Shown here piece by piece: positions 37,940 through 51,276 of a stretch of DNA of 64,000 bases; the stretch's first letter is position 1; each line of letters begins with the position of its first letter. Both the position numbers and the translations under genes were made by a program. The stretch is taken from NCBI GenBank assembly GCA_020536535.1, contig JAHLWZ010000291.1:62001-126000 (forward strand), in the 5' to 3' direction. The stretch comes from Pelomyxa schiedti (taxonomy: Eukaryota; Protista; Evosea). The notes beneath the pieces were generated by a model. It was given only the letters and a program-made list of their open reading frames with translations, did not search any database and was not told where the DNA came from.

Positions 37940-40100
37940 TGAAATTACATTCTTCATGTTGACTGTTCAGCTTCTCTTGGCTCTGCCTCTCGTCCCTTTG
38001 TTATTTGAACTGGAACTACTGGAACTGGCACTCACACTCACGCTCCCCTTCACATTCGCATTCACATTACTGCATGTGGAGCATGTGGAAGTTGATGATG
38101 CTTCTGTTATCTGAAAGTGTCATCAGCTGTATCTTTTGCAGAGTATACTCTCAAGTAGGACATTATCGGGAGGGGACAAGGGGATGTGATATATTTCAAG
38201 TAGATTTTGCACTGCACGGCCCCGCATGTAAACGTCTGTAGCAGCTTCTTCCGGACACGATTTCTGGAGGCATGTAGCTAGGTTTCTCCCAAGTGAAGGG
38301 CGTGCCAAAATTTGCAGAATACTCGAGGTCAATGAGTATCCACTGATTCACTTCTGTATTGAACATTATGTTTGGGGGTTCGCACATCTCTATGTGCAAC
38401 TCCAATTGAGTGCAAGAATCTCAAGGCCATCAGTACGTCATGCATCAGATGCTTTATATCTTGTTCGTCAGTGACCACTTTCCGGGAGCAAACTGGGATA
38501 AGAAAGATGTTGAGTTGGCTTCTTCTAAATAATCGGACTCTTCCTTGAATGAGGTATCTGCAAGGTGTAATACACTTGTACAATTTTTTTAGGAATTTAT
38601 CTCCTTGACAGTGAGAACTAGAGGCGTTGTTAGTTCAGTAAGTATTTTCAACATCGCTTCTGAACACGGTCTCGGAGGATAGTCACCCTACATTCATTTG
38701 TATCTTTGACCACACGTTCTATTGGGTCAGAGTGCACCACCTTTTTGAGGAAAACAGTCATTAAAGTGCCACTCACAAGGAAAAGAAACTTGCCAGGTTT
38801 AGAGATACAACAGTTGCTAAAAACCTGCAAATATTACCAAGCATGTGAATATTGTAAGCCGGTCCTGAAAAGATTTATGTAGATTGGAATAGGAGTGCTC
38901 CAGAGTTCACCAGTAGCCTCTGAACTTTCGTGTTCACTAGGTTTTTCCTCACCTTGTTATACTTTCATCAGCACAATCAAATTTCTCATTCAGACAACCA
39001 CACCTTTAAAATAAACTGTATTGTCAAGTGTCAGTTGAAAGTCAGGCCGAAAACGAGTTGTGTCTTCGAATGTTAAATTGCGTCGATACCTCAGGTCAGA
39101 GAGCCATTTGCAGTGCCTTTGGCAAAGCTTTTTTTTTTTTTTAGGAATGGTTTAACGAAGGAGAGCAGTGACTCACATAGAATACACGATCCACAAGGGA
39201 ACCGATGGTAACACTGAGAGGCTTCAGAGCCAGTAAATTCACAACTTGCACCAATCATAGCTATTACAGCCTCTGCGTCATTGCTCAGTTTATGTAGACC
39301 TGATGGCACAAACACATTCGGCAAGTCCATAGACAAATCAGAACACGTCGGTATCTTGCATCTGAGTGGACTTGTAAGAAGCTGTCTGTAGACATTTGGT
39401 GTTGGACTTGAAAGTTGTTCAAATGGTGAACCTAAGTCATCAAATACCTTGCAAGTAAAATCGAAAAGTTTTCAAATGTGCATAAAAATATTCATGCATA
39501 CCAATTGGGTTTGCGAATTTCTGAATTGTATTTTCTGTGGATCTTATTGGTAATAAAAGCAATGCCGCATCAGCAGAGGGTACAAGAGCATAAGCATCCT
39601 TAAATTTAGGAATCTCCCCTGAGAGCTTGTCTGGGGCAGCAATCGTGAGACACGGTCCTTTTCACAACTGCATATCCAGTTGATTGCATCCTCAGCACTT
39701 TCCATGGTCAGCATTGCCCTCGCGGTTCCTCTGGGTGGGGTGAAATGCCGAGCAAATTCTGAAGCCAAGGTTTTGAAAGAAGAAAGCAGTTTCATTAAGT
39801 GCAGCTTGGCTCCCTCTTCATTCTGCCATAGTAGCCAAATCCGCTTCCAAAACGTCATCAAGAACGCTTTGTTTCCCACAGGCCAACTGCAACTCGAACA
39901 GTGCGCACCAGCTCCTCAACGACAGGAACCACCTCCTCAACTGGTTGGCGCCTGTCAGTTTCTCTGCAATTTCAAGGCACAACGCATCGCGCGCCTGGCT
40001 GTCCCCGCGACGATCACGAGACTGCGCCCAAGCAACTGACGCGGAGGCAGGGGTGGATGTCGTAGCTGCGGTCGATCCTGGCACCGGGGTACGACTCGAT
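37940..40100 (-). pseudogene. Crinkler-type PD-(D/E)xK nuclease + kinase effector, frameshifted
   Basis: RRNLTFEDTTRFRPDFQLTLDNTVYFKG-EEK; kinase LMHDVLMALRFLHSIGVAHRDVR / PNIMF..WILIDLEYS..YMPPE / ATDVYM in shifting frames with no introns at the shifts. Boundaries approximate. Confidence 0.7.
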
Positions 40101-40280
40101 GTCGGGTTTTGTTTTTGGCTTGTTGGTGATGGTCGAACTGCTTGTTTTTTTATTTTTTTTTTGGTACCCCATTTGATACGGGGAGGGAATTCAAAGGGCG
40201 GGGTGAAACAAAATACTTCCTATTTAGTACGTCACTACTAGGGTTCTGTTACGGGTCAACAATGCTGCACTATCATCTTT

Positions 40281-43200
40281 TTAATGGCGTGAGCCGTGAA
40301 TAAGTTGCGCCGCTGCTACACATGTGGCTGTCAAATAATACTCTTCTTCACCACTGGAGTTGCTGAACCTGCAAAAGAGAGGTAAGGCATTTGAATAGAA
40401 ATGTCTGGTTCTGGGTTTCGTTGGTATTGGAAATGGGAACCGTACTCCTTGATAATAAACAGTTCTGTGAAAAGCGACTGCACAGCAGCACTTGCTATAA
40501 CATATTGCAAAATCATTGCAACATCATCGCCGGTAATCACAGGAGGTTTGGGTGAGAGGTCTTCAGCTTCACCAGTATTAGCGTTGCTTGAAGTGGTATT
40601 CTCGGTGGTATTTTCATTGGGTGTGGCTTCAGCAGAGTTGATAGTGGGGCTAGGCCCCTCCTCCACTTCTGGGACCCACAAGGAATAAACTTGCTGGGTT
40701 ACGGATTTAAAAACATTGAGAAGCTGCTTCGCTTTGAGGACTGGGCACTTCATCTGTGTGAAGGCATCTCTGAAGAGCTTAATTGCGCAGCTAAAGGGTC
40801 TAGACTGCGGAGAACCTTGTGCAGAGGATATTGGCCCCTGTTTTTTCATGATGAGTAAAACTTCGACTCTCAGGTAAAAATAGACACACCACATAAAATT
40901 TTTCATGCACTCCAAAGAATGCGGGATCCTTTTGAGATACGTTGGGGTATAGTTGCTCGGCGGTAGCATCAGCACCCCCACAGGTCAGGCCTTTGTCGTT
41001 CATATTGAATGCCTGGCATTAGATGATCAATATCAGATACTAAAGACGAGGCTAACCTTGCACTGTGAGACTAGTTGGTGATGAAACCTGATGATGAGCT
41101 CTGCTTCTATTTGTTCCTTTGTAGACTTCTCTGAAAACTCGGCAGGAATTGTCCTGGTGAACAGTGAATAAATACTACCTAGAACTTTTTAGAAAGGGGG
41201 AAAAAAAAAGACTGCCCTGTAAGGGACTGCAAAAAAAGTCTTAATACCTGTAACAGCTTTTAAATTTGATTTCAGAGCTTGGGCAGTTGATCCCTTCAAC
41301 ACCAGTGTACGTAACATATTTGCGACTTCCCTATTCCTTTGGGGAATAGAAGTAAGTTTTTGTGTTACAAAGAGAACTTCTCACAAAAAGAAGTCTTGCA
41401 CTAAAAGTGATTGTCGAGAACCAAAGAGGTGATGAGCAGGAAGGCTATGGTTAAAATAAATACTTCGGTAAAACAGTTATCTAGAAAGTACTTGGCTCGG
41501 TCCCGGGCAGATACTGCACAGGCATTTAGCTTCTGTGTGATATCCTCAAGTGTAAAACAGCTCAAAGAGTTCAGCACGGAAATATCTTGGTCCCTTTCTG
41601 GGAAAGATGGCAGGTGAATCTTGCCCTGGCAAAAACTATCTCTATGTAACTGGACTGAAGAAAAAAAAGAAGGTAACATACGCATATCGCTTCAGTTCAT
41701 CTAAAATGCCAAAGATTATACTGTATCTGTAGATATTGCGAGCTCCATGCATCAATTGATCCCAGAGTAGCACATGGTAGTGCTGAAGAGGGGGAATGCA
41801 CGCTCCTCCCCTTTCAGCTATCTCCATCAAGTTTGGGTATGAGTGATCAGGTGCAGCATGGCACAATTGAATAAGTTCATCAAGTTTCTAATGCTCGTCG
41901 GAATGATTATTGTTGAGTTCATGTGGATACCTGCTGCACTGAAGATTTCAGTAAATTGAAAGTGGGACTTAGAAGTAACTGAGCCACATTTGGCGCAGAG
42001 AGTGCTGTAGCCACCGCTACAGCACCCTGGAAGTTCCGTAGTTTGAGTAAGAAAAAACCAAGCTTGATACAAGCCTTAGGAAAATTAGGTGAAATAAAAT
42101 TGAGTTTATTTTGTCACCTTTACTGCTGATGTAAGTTTCGATTGCCTGACTAAGAGCTGTGAGATAACCCAATTCTTTTCTGCCTCGAATCTCTTCACAA
42201 GTTCGAGACGTTCTGGTGAGTGTGGCTATAAAATGCAATGTTAACAGCACATAGAGACGGATAAGGGGGAGTGAAGATCGAGAAGATACAGAGATAAAGT
42301 TTCGTGAAGTGCTGACGCAATTACGAAATAAGGTCCAATCTATGTATGTCCATGTTGATGCAAGGTTGAGTACCCCAGTGCTTAAGATTTCGGGATAATC
42401 TTCCCAGCTGATTGAATTAGGAGTGGAGGGAGGCGCCATCATGGTAGGAATGTCATCACCACATAAGCCTTCCACTGCCGCAGCTGCAAGGAACCCTTTT
42501 AACGCAGAAAGCATAATATCTTGTGAGAAGTCGCCTGCCAGTTAAAGTGCAGTCAGTTGCTGAAAAATAAGACAATGAACATACTGGGGATGAGAGAAAC
42601 CCACTCAGAAACGAAGTCAATAACCCACCTAGACTGAGCTTCGTTGTGAAATTCAAGCACTTTCATACAGAACGTTATGAATGTTTCTATATTTACTTCT
42701 GGATACTCGACGGGCAATGAGAGGATAAATCCAACTGCTGATTGGATGTCTTGTCGCTTGGAGCTAGTGAGATTCAGTTGAGTTCCAATTTTTGGAACAA
42801 AAAATTATTACTAAATAAAAAGGAGAGGTATTTCTTAATATTCGCATTACCTTACGAGCCAGACTTCCATGCACTCAAATATAAAGGTCTGATACTCCAA
42901 TTGTGTGCTTGGTGAAAACCGCATGTTATTTTGAGGAAGTAGAGTTGAGTCCGCGGAATCTACTATGTCCTTTAGAAACTTTTTCGAGTTGCCGGACTTA
43001 AGGAAGTCGGAGATGCACTGCTTTGCTACACTGATCAAGCTTTCACATTGTGAAAGATTATCACATAAGTCGCCAACAGACACCACAGAAGGGAAGGAGT
43101 CAATTAGAATTTCCTGACATCGCTTGAGTAACAGAGACCACAAAAGACAGATGGTCTGAAGGTGTAAGTCGAGAGATCCTCTTCCTTGGAAAAATGAACC

Positions 43201-45583
43201 CTGAAGTTGTATATTAAATACAAATAACAATAGCACTTATGAATAAATAGAAAAATAGGGTATAAAAAACGCTGTTGCAGTATTTTACACTTACAGCAAT
43301 TGGATTTCCCTCCAAAACTGAAAGTTCATTATCAACCACTACAATATCGAGTCCATATTTGCTGGAAATGCTGGGGAAGAATCGATACTTGAACAAATTG
43401 TGTGTATTGAGGTCGTTGACTGGGACCTAATTTATGATGAATTGCATGGTGACTTTCAATGGGTCTACCAACAGGCAGCCAATACCTGGACCTCCTTAAA
43501 AATATACTTCAGGGATTTCAGAAATTTGGCTTGTACACCATCCAATAGCTGAGATTTAAGTTTAATGGTGTCTGCTCCACCTTGTAATTCTCTGAGCAAA
43601 GTGCGTTCAATGAATGTTACCAACCTCAAGGACCAGGTTGGGTGATGCAGACGGCGAACTGCATGTGGTTGTGTGTTCAATTTTGAGCCAATTTCTGGCT
43701 GAGACAGGGATGGCATCCTTGAAAGAAATGATTGGACCACACATATTTGCGTTATTGTTGGCTGGTGAAGTGTGGGCCTCTGGGCAAGTGATGTCATGAA
43801 GCATTTCACAGACTCTTCATATCTTCTCAAATGTTTTAGGGCAGATCCCTTTTCAAATAAAATCTCAGGATTCCAGTGCATTTGTTGTCGGAGGATTTCA
43901 TCGTAACAGTCTACAGCTTCCTCAAAACGTTGCAAAGATTTCAGAGAAACGCTCTTTCGATACAGGGCAAGTGGATCATGAGGAACATGCTTCAAGTAGT
44001 CATTGAAACACACCACAGCATCGTCATGATGTTCAAGAAGATTAAGGTATAACCCCTTTTCGAAGAGAAAGGAAAGTTCATCTAAGGCAAGAATGCAACT
44101 ATTTTGAGTCTGTGGCATCCGTGCGGATAGTGATGGTGGACGACTTGAGGAAGATAAAGCATTAAGGCTTCCCGAAGAAAAAAGAGCAGGTGAGGAAGGT
44201 TTAGGTGATGAAGTTCTTCCTGGAGTTGGTTGGTCTATGCCAGGGGAAAAGCTCGGTGTTAGGGATGAGGGTTGAGCTGGAGCGAAAATAGCCTCACTGT
44301 ATCTGCCAACGAGGATCAATGAAGCATCCCGGAAGAAAGCCCAATGTGGAGAAGGTAGAGGGGATCGCTTTAATGCCAGCTCAAAACAGCCGAGAGCTTG
44401 CTCATGTTGGCTCAAATTTTTCAGTGTTAAGCCTCGCAGCACATTTAACATTGCCTCATCAAAACGTTTCTTTGCAAGAAGTTCTAAAACTTCCAAGGCA
44501 TCGTCATTGAATCCTAGCGATCGTAACAGTGACGCCTTTCTTGCCATTAATGTCTGACTATTCGGTGAATGTCTGAGTGCAGCTTCATAAATAGCTAGTG
44601 CTTCGGTCCTTCTTGCATTTTGTTCTAACAGTAACCCGGCTTCAAACAGCGCCATAGCATCACCACTGAATAACGTGTTACCGCGCAAAGCACTCCAGTC
44701 CAACCCTGTGCGCACACATATCAACGACATTTCGTCCGTATCCATGTCAGGACGTTCTTTGTCACACACAAATTTTATGCCACGAACCCCTAGATATCGG
44801 CCATGTGCATTCCTGATCCAAGTTAACTAACTACAAGGATACTCACACACAGGCAGACAAAAAAAAAAAAAAAAAAAAGTCGAAAATGAAAACACACGCT
44901 CACACATTCACGTGAATGATATGTTACAAACATACGCACTTGAGGAAAAAGCACTTTGGGCTAGTCGTGGCGTCCTCGACGAGATAAGTCTCGTGGTTGC
45001 TGGGGTCGTTTCTGTCCAGAATCGGGAACGCGCCCTTCTTGGGGCTCCGCATCCACATGCCGTTGTACGGCTTGATCGCGAGAGCCAGCGGCTCCTCCTG
45101 CGACGACACGCGCAGCACCAGCCACAGCTCGCACACCCGCGGCGGGGCCCCCGGCGCCGAGAGCGCCACGCCCGTGCCCGGCTCCGACGGCGCCAGCGAG
45201 TACGCGGGGGCCCCGGGCCCGGCGGTCGCCGACGAAGAGGCGGAGGTCGAGGTGCTGGTGTGGCTGGCGGCGGCGGCGGCGCCGCTGCTGGTGCTGCCGC
45301 TGCTGGCGAGGAGGCCCGAGATGTTGGGGGAGGGGGCGCGGGGGGGAGGAGACCGCGAGGAGAAGAGGGAGAGGGAGGGGGGCTCCGGGGGCAGCGTCGG
45401 GGAGGCGTGGGACGCGGAGGGCGCCGCGGCCGCGGCGGCGGGGGGCGGCTGGGCCGGAGGCGGCGCGGGGCCCCAGGACAGGAAGCAGTTTATGAGGGGC
45501 AGGTGCACGAGGTAGTGGCCGCACGTGGCCGCACGGTGCGGCGGCTGGTGCCTCTTGGCGGGTGCCGACGCCGTTGCTGACAT
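40281..45583 (-). CDS. large TPR-repeat protein with C-terminal VPS9 (Rab5-GEF) domain
   Basis: TPRs (ALYRKSVSLKSLQRFEEAVDCYDEIL, ILFEKGSALKHLRRYEESVKCF); VPS9 PVLKAKQLL..ITGDDVAMILQYVI..LFTELFII..SGEEEYYLT. Single-gene continuity across the middle exons is not fully verified. Confidence 0.75.
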
Positions 45584-45862
45584 CTCGCGTGTGTGCTGCT
45601 CTGCGTGGGTGTCACGGTGCCCGGTTGTTTTTCCTTTTCCTAAGGATTGTCTTGTTCCGCTTTGGATCACTTGTTGAAAGAACTGTTCGCTGGGTGTACA
45701 TCCCAAGTTGGGACGGAGATCTGGGGAGAGGAGTGGCAGAGAGGATGCAGGACCCTCAAGGAGTCACTGTGTGAATTCCAAGCGAGAATTCCTTGTCAAT
45801 GATGATTGCTTGGCTTTTAAAAATTGGATTCTCACACAGAGAACGCGTAATTTAGTGGGAGG

Positions 45863-47192
45863 ATGAACAAGCCAAGCGTCACGTTGATCGGCGGGGTTGT
45901 TGCCGAGAGGGTGGACTACTCCTTGGAATCTTTCTTGTTGGACTTTCCTGCTGGTTCTTCTTTCCCCTTCCCCCACACCGAAATGGCCGTACCCCGTTTT
46001 GTTTTGTTTTCCCAACTCAATTCCCACTCTCATATCACGACAAGGAGTTTACACTGTGTGTCGAACGGTACAGAGAAATAAAATCTTTGATTACGTCGAT
46101 CACCTCAATCGCTTGGGTGTGTAGTTGTACACACACAAAAAAAGTGACACTTACGGTGGAATTTCTACTAGTTGATTCAATCGGCATAAAGTTGGGCGTT
46201 CGCGTACCCGACGCCGAATCCATAATTTCACGAGGACTGAGGACTGTTGTGCCACGGGCTTTATCTGCCGCCGAATCGTCGTTTGGCTCAAAATGCTCAG
46301 AATTCAGGATGACTTTACTTGTTATTGATGCCACAACCATTGCAAATGTATGTCACATGTCCCATGCTACATGGCGCTCAACACACCTCCAAAAAATGGA
46401 ATCTCATTTTGATGCGGTAACATTTTTCGCAGCCTACTGCACCAAATGTAGACTTTGCTGTCCATGTTGAAGCATTACCTGATTTGGCTAAGCCACCTGT
46501 GGCAGTCGAGATATGGGACTCGCCTGGGCGGCAATCTCCCAACGTCAAAGATTCTGCGTGGATTCGGTAAGGATTCACCCTCCCCACTCCGAGCTTTGTG
46601 GGTTTTCTCCCTGTACCCCTCATCACTCTTTAGGCAAAGGAAAGTACTGAAGCCACGCATAACTGGCCGAGTTAATGAAGTTGTTCTCAATGCCAATGGT
46701 GATGTACTTGAAGGATTGTCTTCAAATTTCTATGCAGTTAGGGGAGGTCAAGTTTACACTGCTCCTGATGATGTAATCTTGAAAGGGACTGTCAGGTGCC
46801 TTTGTATGGACCACTACATATTCCCCAAATTTACCTGGCAACAGAACGATGATTGTGCAACTATGTAGGAAAAACGGTATACCGGTTGTGATGGAATGCC
46901 CAAAGGAAGCCGAGGCATCCACATGGGAAGCTGCCTTTATAACCAGTATGCCAACACCCAACCCACTTCTTCTAATCTCAACTCTCAAAAGGTACTTCAC
47001 GCTTGGTTCTGGACCTCGATCAAATTGAATTTTTCACAGCAAGTGGAACTTCCAAACAAGGTATTTATTTACCCCATGCACTCTCACTAACTTTACACAG
47101 TGGTGCACCCACAAGTGAATCACCCTCTTGTGATGCGGATATCTGAACTTGTGAGAAACGCCGTGGATGAAGTGAGTGTCAATGTGTGCTGA
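45863..47192 (+). CDS. class IV PLP-dependent aminotransferase-like protein (D-amino-acid aminotransferase/ADC-lyase fold)
   Basis: GVYTVCRT, DHLNRL, PNVKDSAW (PLP Lys), LEGLSSNF, ILKGTVR, AFITSTSR. Confidence 0.9.
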
Positions 47193-47255
47193 AAGCTTTT
47201 GATGTAAAAAAACACCCAAAAGAGGGAAAAAAATTCTTTTTGTGAACGTTCTCTC

Positions 47256-49418
47256 TTAGGAATTACTATTTCGGAGGCTTTCAAATTGTTTAAGTTGGTT
47301 GATAAAGCCTAGGTTGGGTTGTACTACAGGCCGCAAGGCTGCAACAAAACAGAGTGCCTCCTCCAGCCCAATATTTTTTTTGTACATTACATAGGATATA
47401 ACTATTGTGGCCGACCGAGATACACCCGCAGCACTTTGTAAGTGTGAAAAATAAAAAACTAGAAAATGCGCTGGTACCAGTGTACAAGTGCTCCTTTGGA
47501 GGCGTCTAGGGCCTCATCAATAAACTTGTGGCATACAGAAAAGTGATCCAAGAGGTTTGTCTCCTCCTGGTCATCAACAGGTAAAACCAGGTAGTTGAAA
47601 AGCTGCACTGAGTTAGTTCTGAATTGGGGAAGGTGGGGACTTAACACCTTGGGATAGGGAACGTTCTCAACAGGCAAAACCATTATCACATGTGTGACAT
47701 TTTTCCTCTGTAAGATTGAAAACGGCATCAGAGAAAGTACAGGGGAAGAAATGCACACAAGTAGGAAGTTCTTTTCGTCACTGGAAAATAATGAGCCAAG
47801 CCACAAGTTGGGCAGAATTTGGTCCGCATCCACTTCATCAACGTAAGGGGAACATCCAGGTGGGAACATCGGGGGGTTCAAAAACTGTAGTAGGAATTGA
47901 GAAATCCAGTTGCAATGTGGAGGGCGTACTCTGTTTCCGTTCATGGAACATCTGGTCAATGTAAGGGCCGCAAATTCGGGAGGAAGAACTTCAATGTCAT
48001 TATAACTGAGATTGTCAAAAAAGGAAAAAAGTACTGTTGTCCCACCTCATTTTTAATATCTGCAGGGTCGAAAGATTTGATATGCTCGAAGGTATAGAAG
48101 AAATACTGTTCTTGTTCAAGTGCAGTGCCACCAGAGAATGGGAAGACCAAATTTCAGGAAATGTGCTCAAATTATTATCACTAAAATTGTTTTTAGGCAA
48201 TTCCTTCAGAATGGGAAGTTGAAACCTCAAGTGAAGGAATGCCAAATGGGGAAGGGATGACAGTTCTGGAGGTACAGTAGAAAGCTCGTTCCCATTTAAG
48301 TCAAGTCTTAGACGAGAATTAGCATTAACAGGGCTGAAGGTAAAAAATACGTCGATAGGGAAACAAGATTGGAGAAAAGATGGTGTGGCTCTGCAAAGCG
48401 TGAAATATTATTCTCTGAAAGTTTCAATGATGTAACCGCAGACATGGTGTAGAGGCATTGAGGAAACTCTGTCAGCTTGTTGTAAGAGAGATCCAAATGA
48501 GTTAAGCCATTGAGGAGCCCTATGCATTGTGGTTTTAAATTGTGTGTCAAAACCCACGGCAGCACACAAAGTTAGAAGAGACCAAACCAAAGGATGGGGG
48601 TATTTCAGTTAGCTTATTTGAGTCACAAAAAAGTTGTTGTAGAGAAGAAAGCTGGCCTTTTTAGGTTAGTAAAAAGTAACCGTGAAGGACAATATGCCTA
48701 TATTATTTGGAAGTAACTGAAGCGCATTGTTTGATAGAATCAATTCCCTCAAACAAGGTAGAGTACCTTGAAATTGTCAGTGCTGATATTTCTATAGGTT
48801 CCAAACCTATAGCTGGGGGAAGTTGAGTGAGCCTGTTGCTAGCAACAGATAGCTGCGTTAATTTTGTAAGTTTCGAGATGTTATCGGGAAGGGTCTCGAT
48901 GCGATTTCCCGACAATTTAAGTGTCTGCAATTCGGTGATGTTCTGCAAATATATTTAAGACACCACAAAGGGCAGGTTCTTAGTACACATAGTGCATTCG
49001 GAATCGAAGTTAAGACATTGTCGGACAAATTGAGAAGTGTGAGTGACTGTAAATTCGATATTTCATCTGGGAGTACTGCAATGTTATTGCGGCACAGTGC
49101 CAAAGACCTCAACCAACTGGCCTCAAGGAGGCAGTGCGGAAATTTAATAGGTTCAGACAAGTCTCTGGTAACTAGTAACCAAACTACAAAGAGACGTTTT
49201 CCTCCCTTTTTTTTTGAAAGAGCAATACAAATAGCCAACCTGAACTGAAGCGCGATAGTGCGACTTGTGGTGCGAACTTCGTCGAGCAGATTACGCATAT
49301 GAGTGGCAGGTAGAGGCGAATAAAGTCTCTCGCACATCGCATCTAGGATGCAAGATCTCTCCGGTACACTGATCCTTATCGTCCGTGGTGTTGTGGTGCT
49401 CATGTCAGCGGCTGTCAT
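47256..49418 (-). CDS. LRR + dual-specificity phosphatase (Dictyostelium Mpl-like architecture)
   Basis: About 10 LxxLxLxxNxL repeats; DQILPNLWLGS, VDDQEETNL, spliced VHCAAGVSRSATIVISYVM, RPVVQPNLGFINQL. Confidence 0.92.
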
Positions 49419-49695
49419 TTTTTTCCAGCGATTTTCCTGGAAAGCCAATTCCCAGATCTCTCATAACCAAGGGACTCTGACATAAGTCCAGTGAAGTTTT
49501 ACCTGGGAAGCGGTACTCACACCCTTCAAGCTTCCGACGGGGCATGTCTAATTCCAACATCACCTTCTGAGGCCAACATAAGGTCAATCATCAATCTTTC
49601 GCTGGGAATGGCACACGACAGCAGTGCCCTGCCTCCTTTTTAACGATGCAAATGTGGCCTAACCTACAAAACAAAAACAAAAACAATCGATTGCC

Positions 49696-51144
49696 ATGGG
49701 AGGCTCTTTTGGACGCTTATTCGTTTTGTCTGCTATTACTGTACTTTCCACTGTAGGAGATAGCGGGGGCGTGTTTGGCATTCTTGCATCAGAGGAACCT
49801 TCAGCATCGGCTGCGTATATCAAAAGCGTGGTGCTGTGTGACGGCGAGTACACGTGCTTCCACAGAATCAGGGAGTCCACCAGGTGTGCTTTGGTTTTGT
49901 ACCTCACATTGGGTTTTATTGTCGTAACCAACCATTACGTACTTGTTTATTTGCAGGAACGAATATGTGGCTGTTGGGAGCAATGGCGATATCCTGAGGT
50001 GGAGTGCTAGTGGTGGTCAGGAGCAAAAGTGGCTGCTGGCTCCTGTAAAAGGAGATTTGATCAATATCATAACACTGCAAAATGGAGAGTACATGAGTGT
50101 TTTGTGGACTGGGGATATCTGGCGTTGGCAAAAATCTACAGAGCCTGTGGCTCCTGACCAGACTTTCCGTTTTCTCAACTACGCTGGAGGCAAATACAAC
50201 ATCCAAGAGCAGACGAAAGGCGAATATGTTGCTGTGGGCTCCAATGGAAATGTGTTGAGATGGTCGCGAACTGGGGGAGATGATCAACGCTTTGCACTGG
50301 AACCAATTGAGGTTTTTTGTAACAAATCTCTCATTAAACACCATAATTAACTGAAGACAAGGTTATACAACCCAATCTTGGCAAAAAGTCAACCTTGATT
50401 GCACTTGAGAAGGGTGGAGTACTGGCAAGTTTGCCTCCACCGGATGACAGCAATATTACGGGTATAGTCTTATTCTTGAGAAGCAGTTTACTTAAGTCGG
50501 CTACAGAGACTGAACGGCCCAAACTTCTTGGAGTGGAAACTCTTGCTTCTGTACTTGTGACTGACCCAACATTTTCTGACAAGCTAGCCCAGGTTTGCAT
50601 TGCACATTAAAAGCGAAGTTTTACCTTTGCAAAGGTGAACACAAATCCGTACTATTTCCTGACGCACCGAGCAAGTTGGAAACACGTGAAAGAAGTTATT
50701 GTGGAAGCTGGGTCTGCATGGTCTGAGCAGGTTGAATACTACTATGGTGCATCAAGATCACAAACTTCTTCTGTGCGCCGGACATTCTCTTTTCTTGTTG
50801 GTGCGTCACAGGGTGGTGATCTTGGGCTTGAACCTGGGGAATCTGGTGGACTTGCGTGCAAGGTTGCGCCTTTGTCTCCCGCAGTTATGTTCGAGCCTCA
50901 CTTTTCATGTTAGGTTACCCAGGAAATGTCATCGCAGTTTAAATTTGAGTGGGAGTGGCAAGAGTCCTCACAAACAGAAGAATCCTACTACCTGAAAATC
51001 ACAGAGACCAGGAGTGTACCAGTGTCAGACCGTACCCGGCACATGTATCTCTGGCAGCCAGTTCACGAATATACACTCTACAATTACAATCTCAAATCAA
51101 TCTCCACCTACTCGTTCCTAGAGCGTGGCCTCCATCTTTCCTAA
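49696..51144 (+). CDS. secreted ricin-type beta-trefoil + Toxin_10 (Tpp; Bin/Cry35-like) pore-forming toxin homologue
   Basis: Five exons (49696-49883, 49957-50311, 50362-50592, 50635-50862, 50914-51144) give 410 aa. Hydrophobic N-terminus, three EY(V/M)(A/S)V..G.(I/V).RW..Q.(W/F) repeats, LLGVETLASVLVTDP..AQVNTNPYYFLTHRASW, and S/T-rich amphipathic beta strands. Confidence 0.85.
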
Positions 51145-51276
51145 TACCAACCTTAACATGTTGAAACTACCTCCCCTATTTGTTTAGTTTGTACACAATT
51201 CGCAAAAAGAAACTTTTTTTTTTTATGGCATTCTGAAATAGATAGTGTTGATGCTTGGTGGTCCCAACAACAACTA

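Noticed and set aside
44912-45580. Long overlapping ORFs in GC-rich patches (also 6838-7735 and 22816-23618)
   Set aside because: Stop-poor shadow frames of GC-rich coding sequence with no domain signal.
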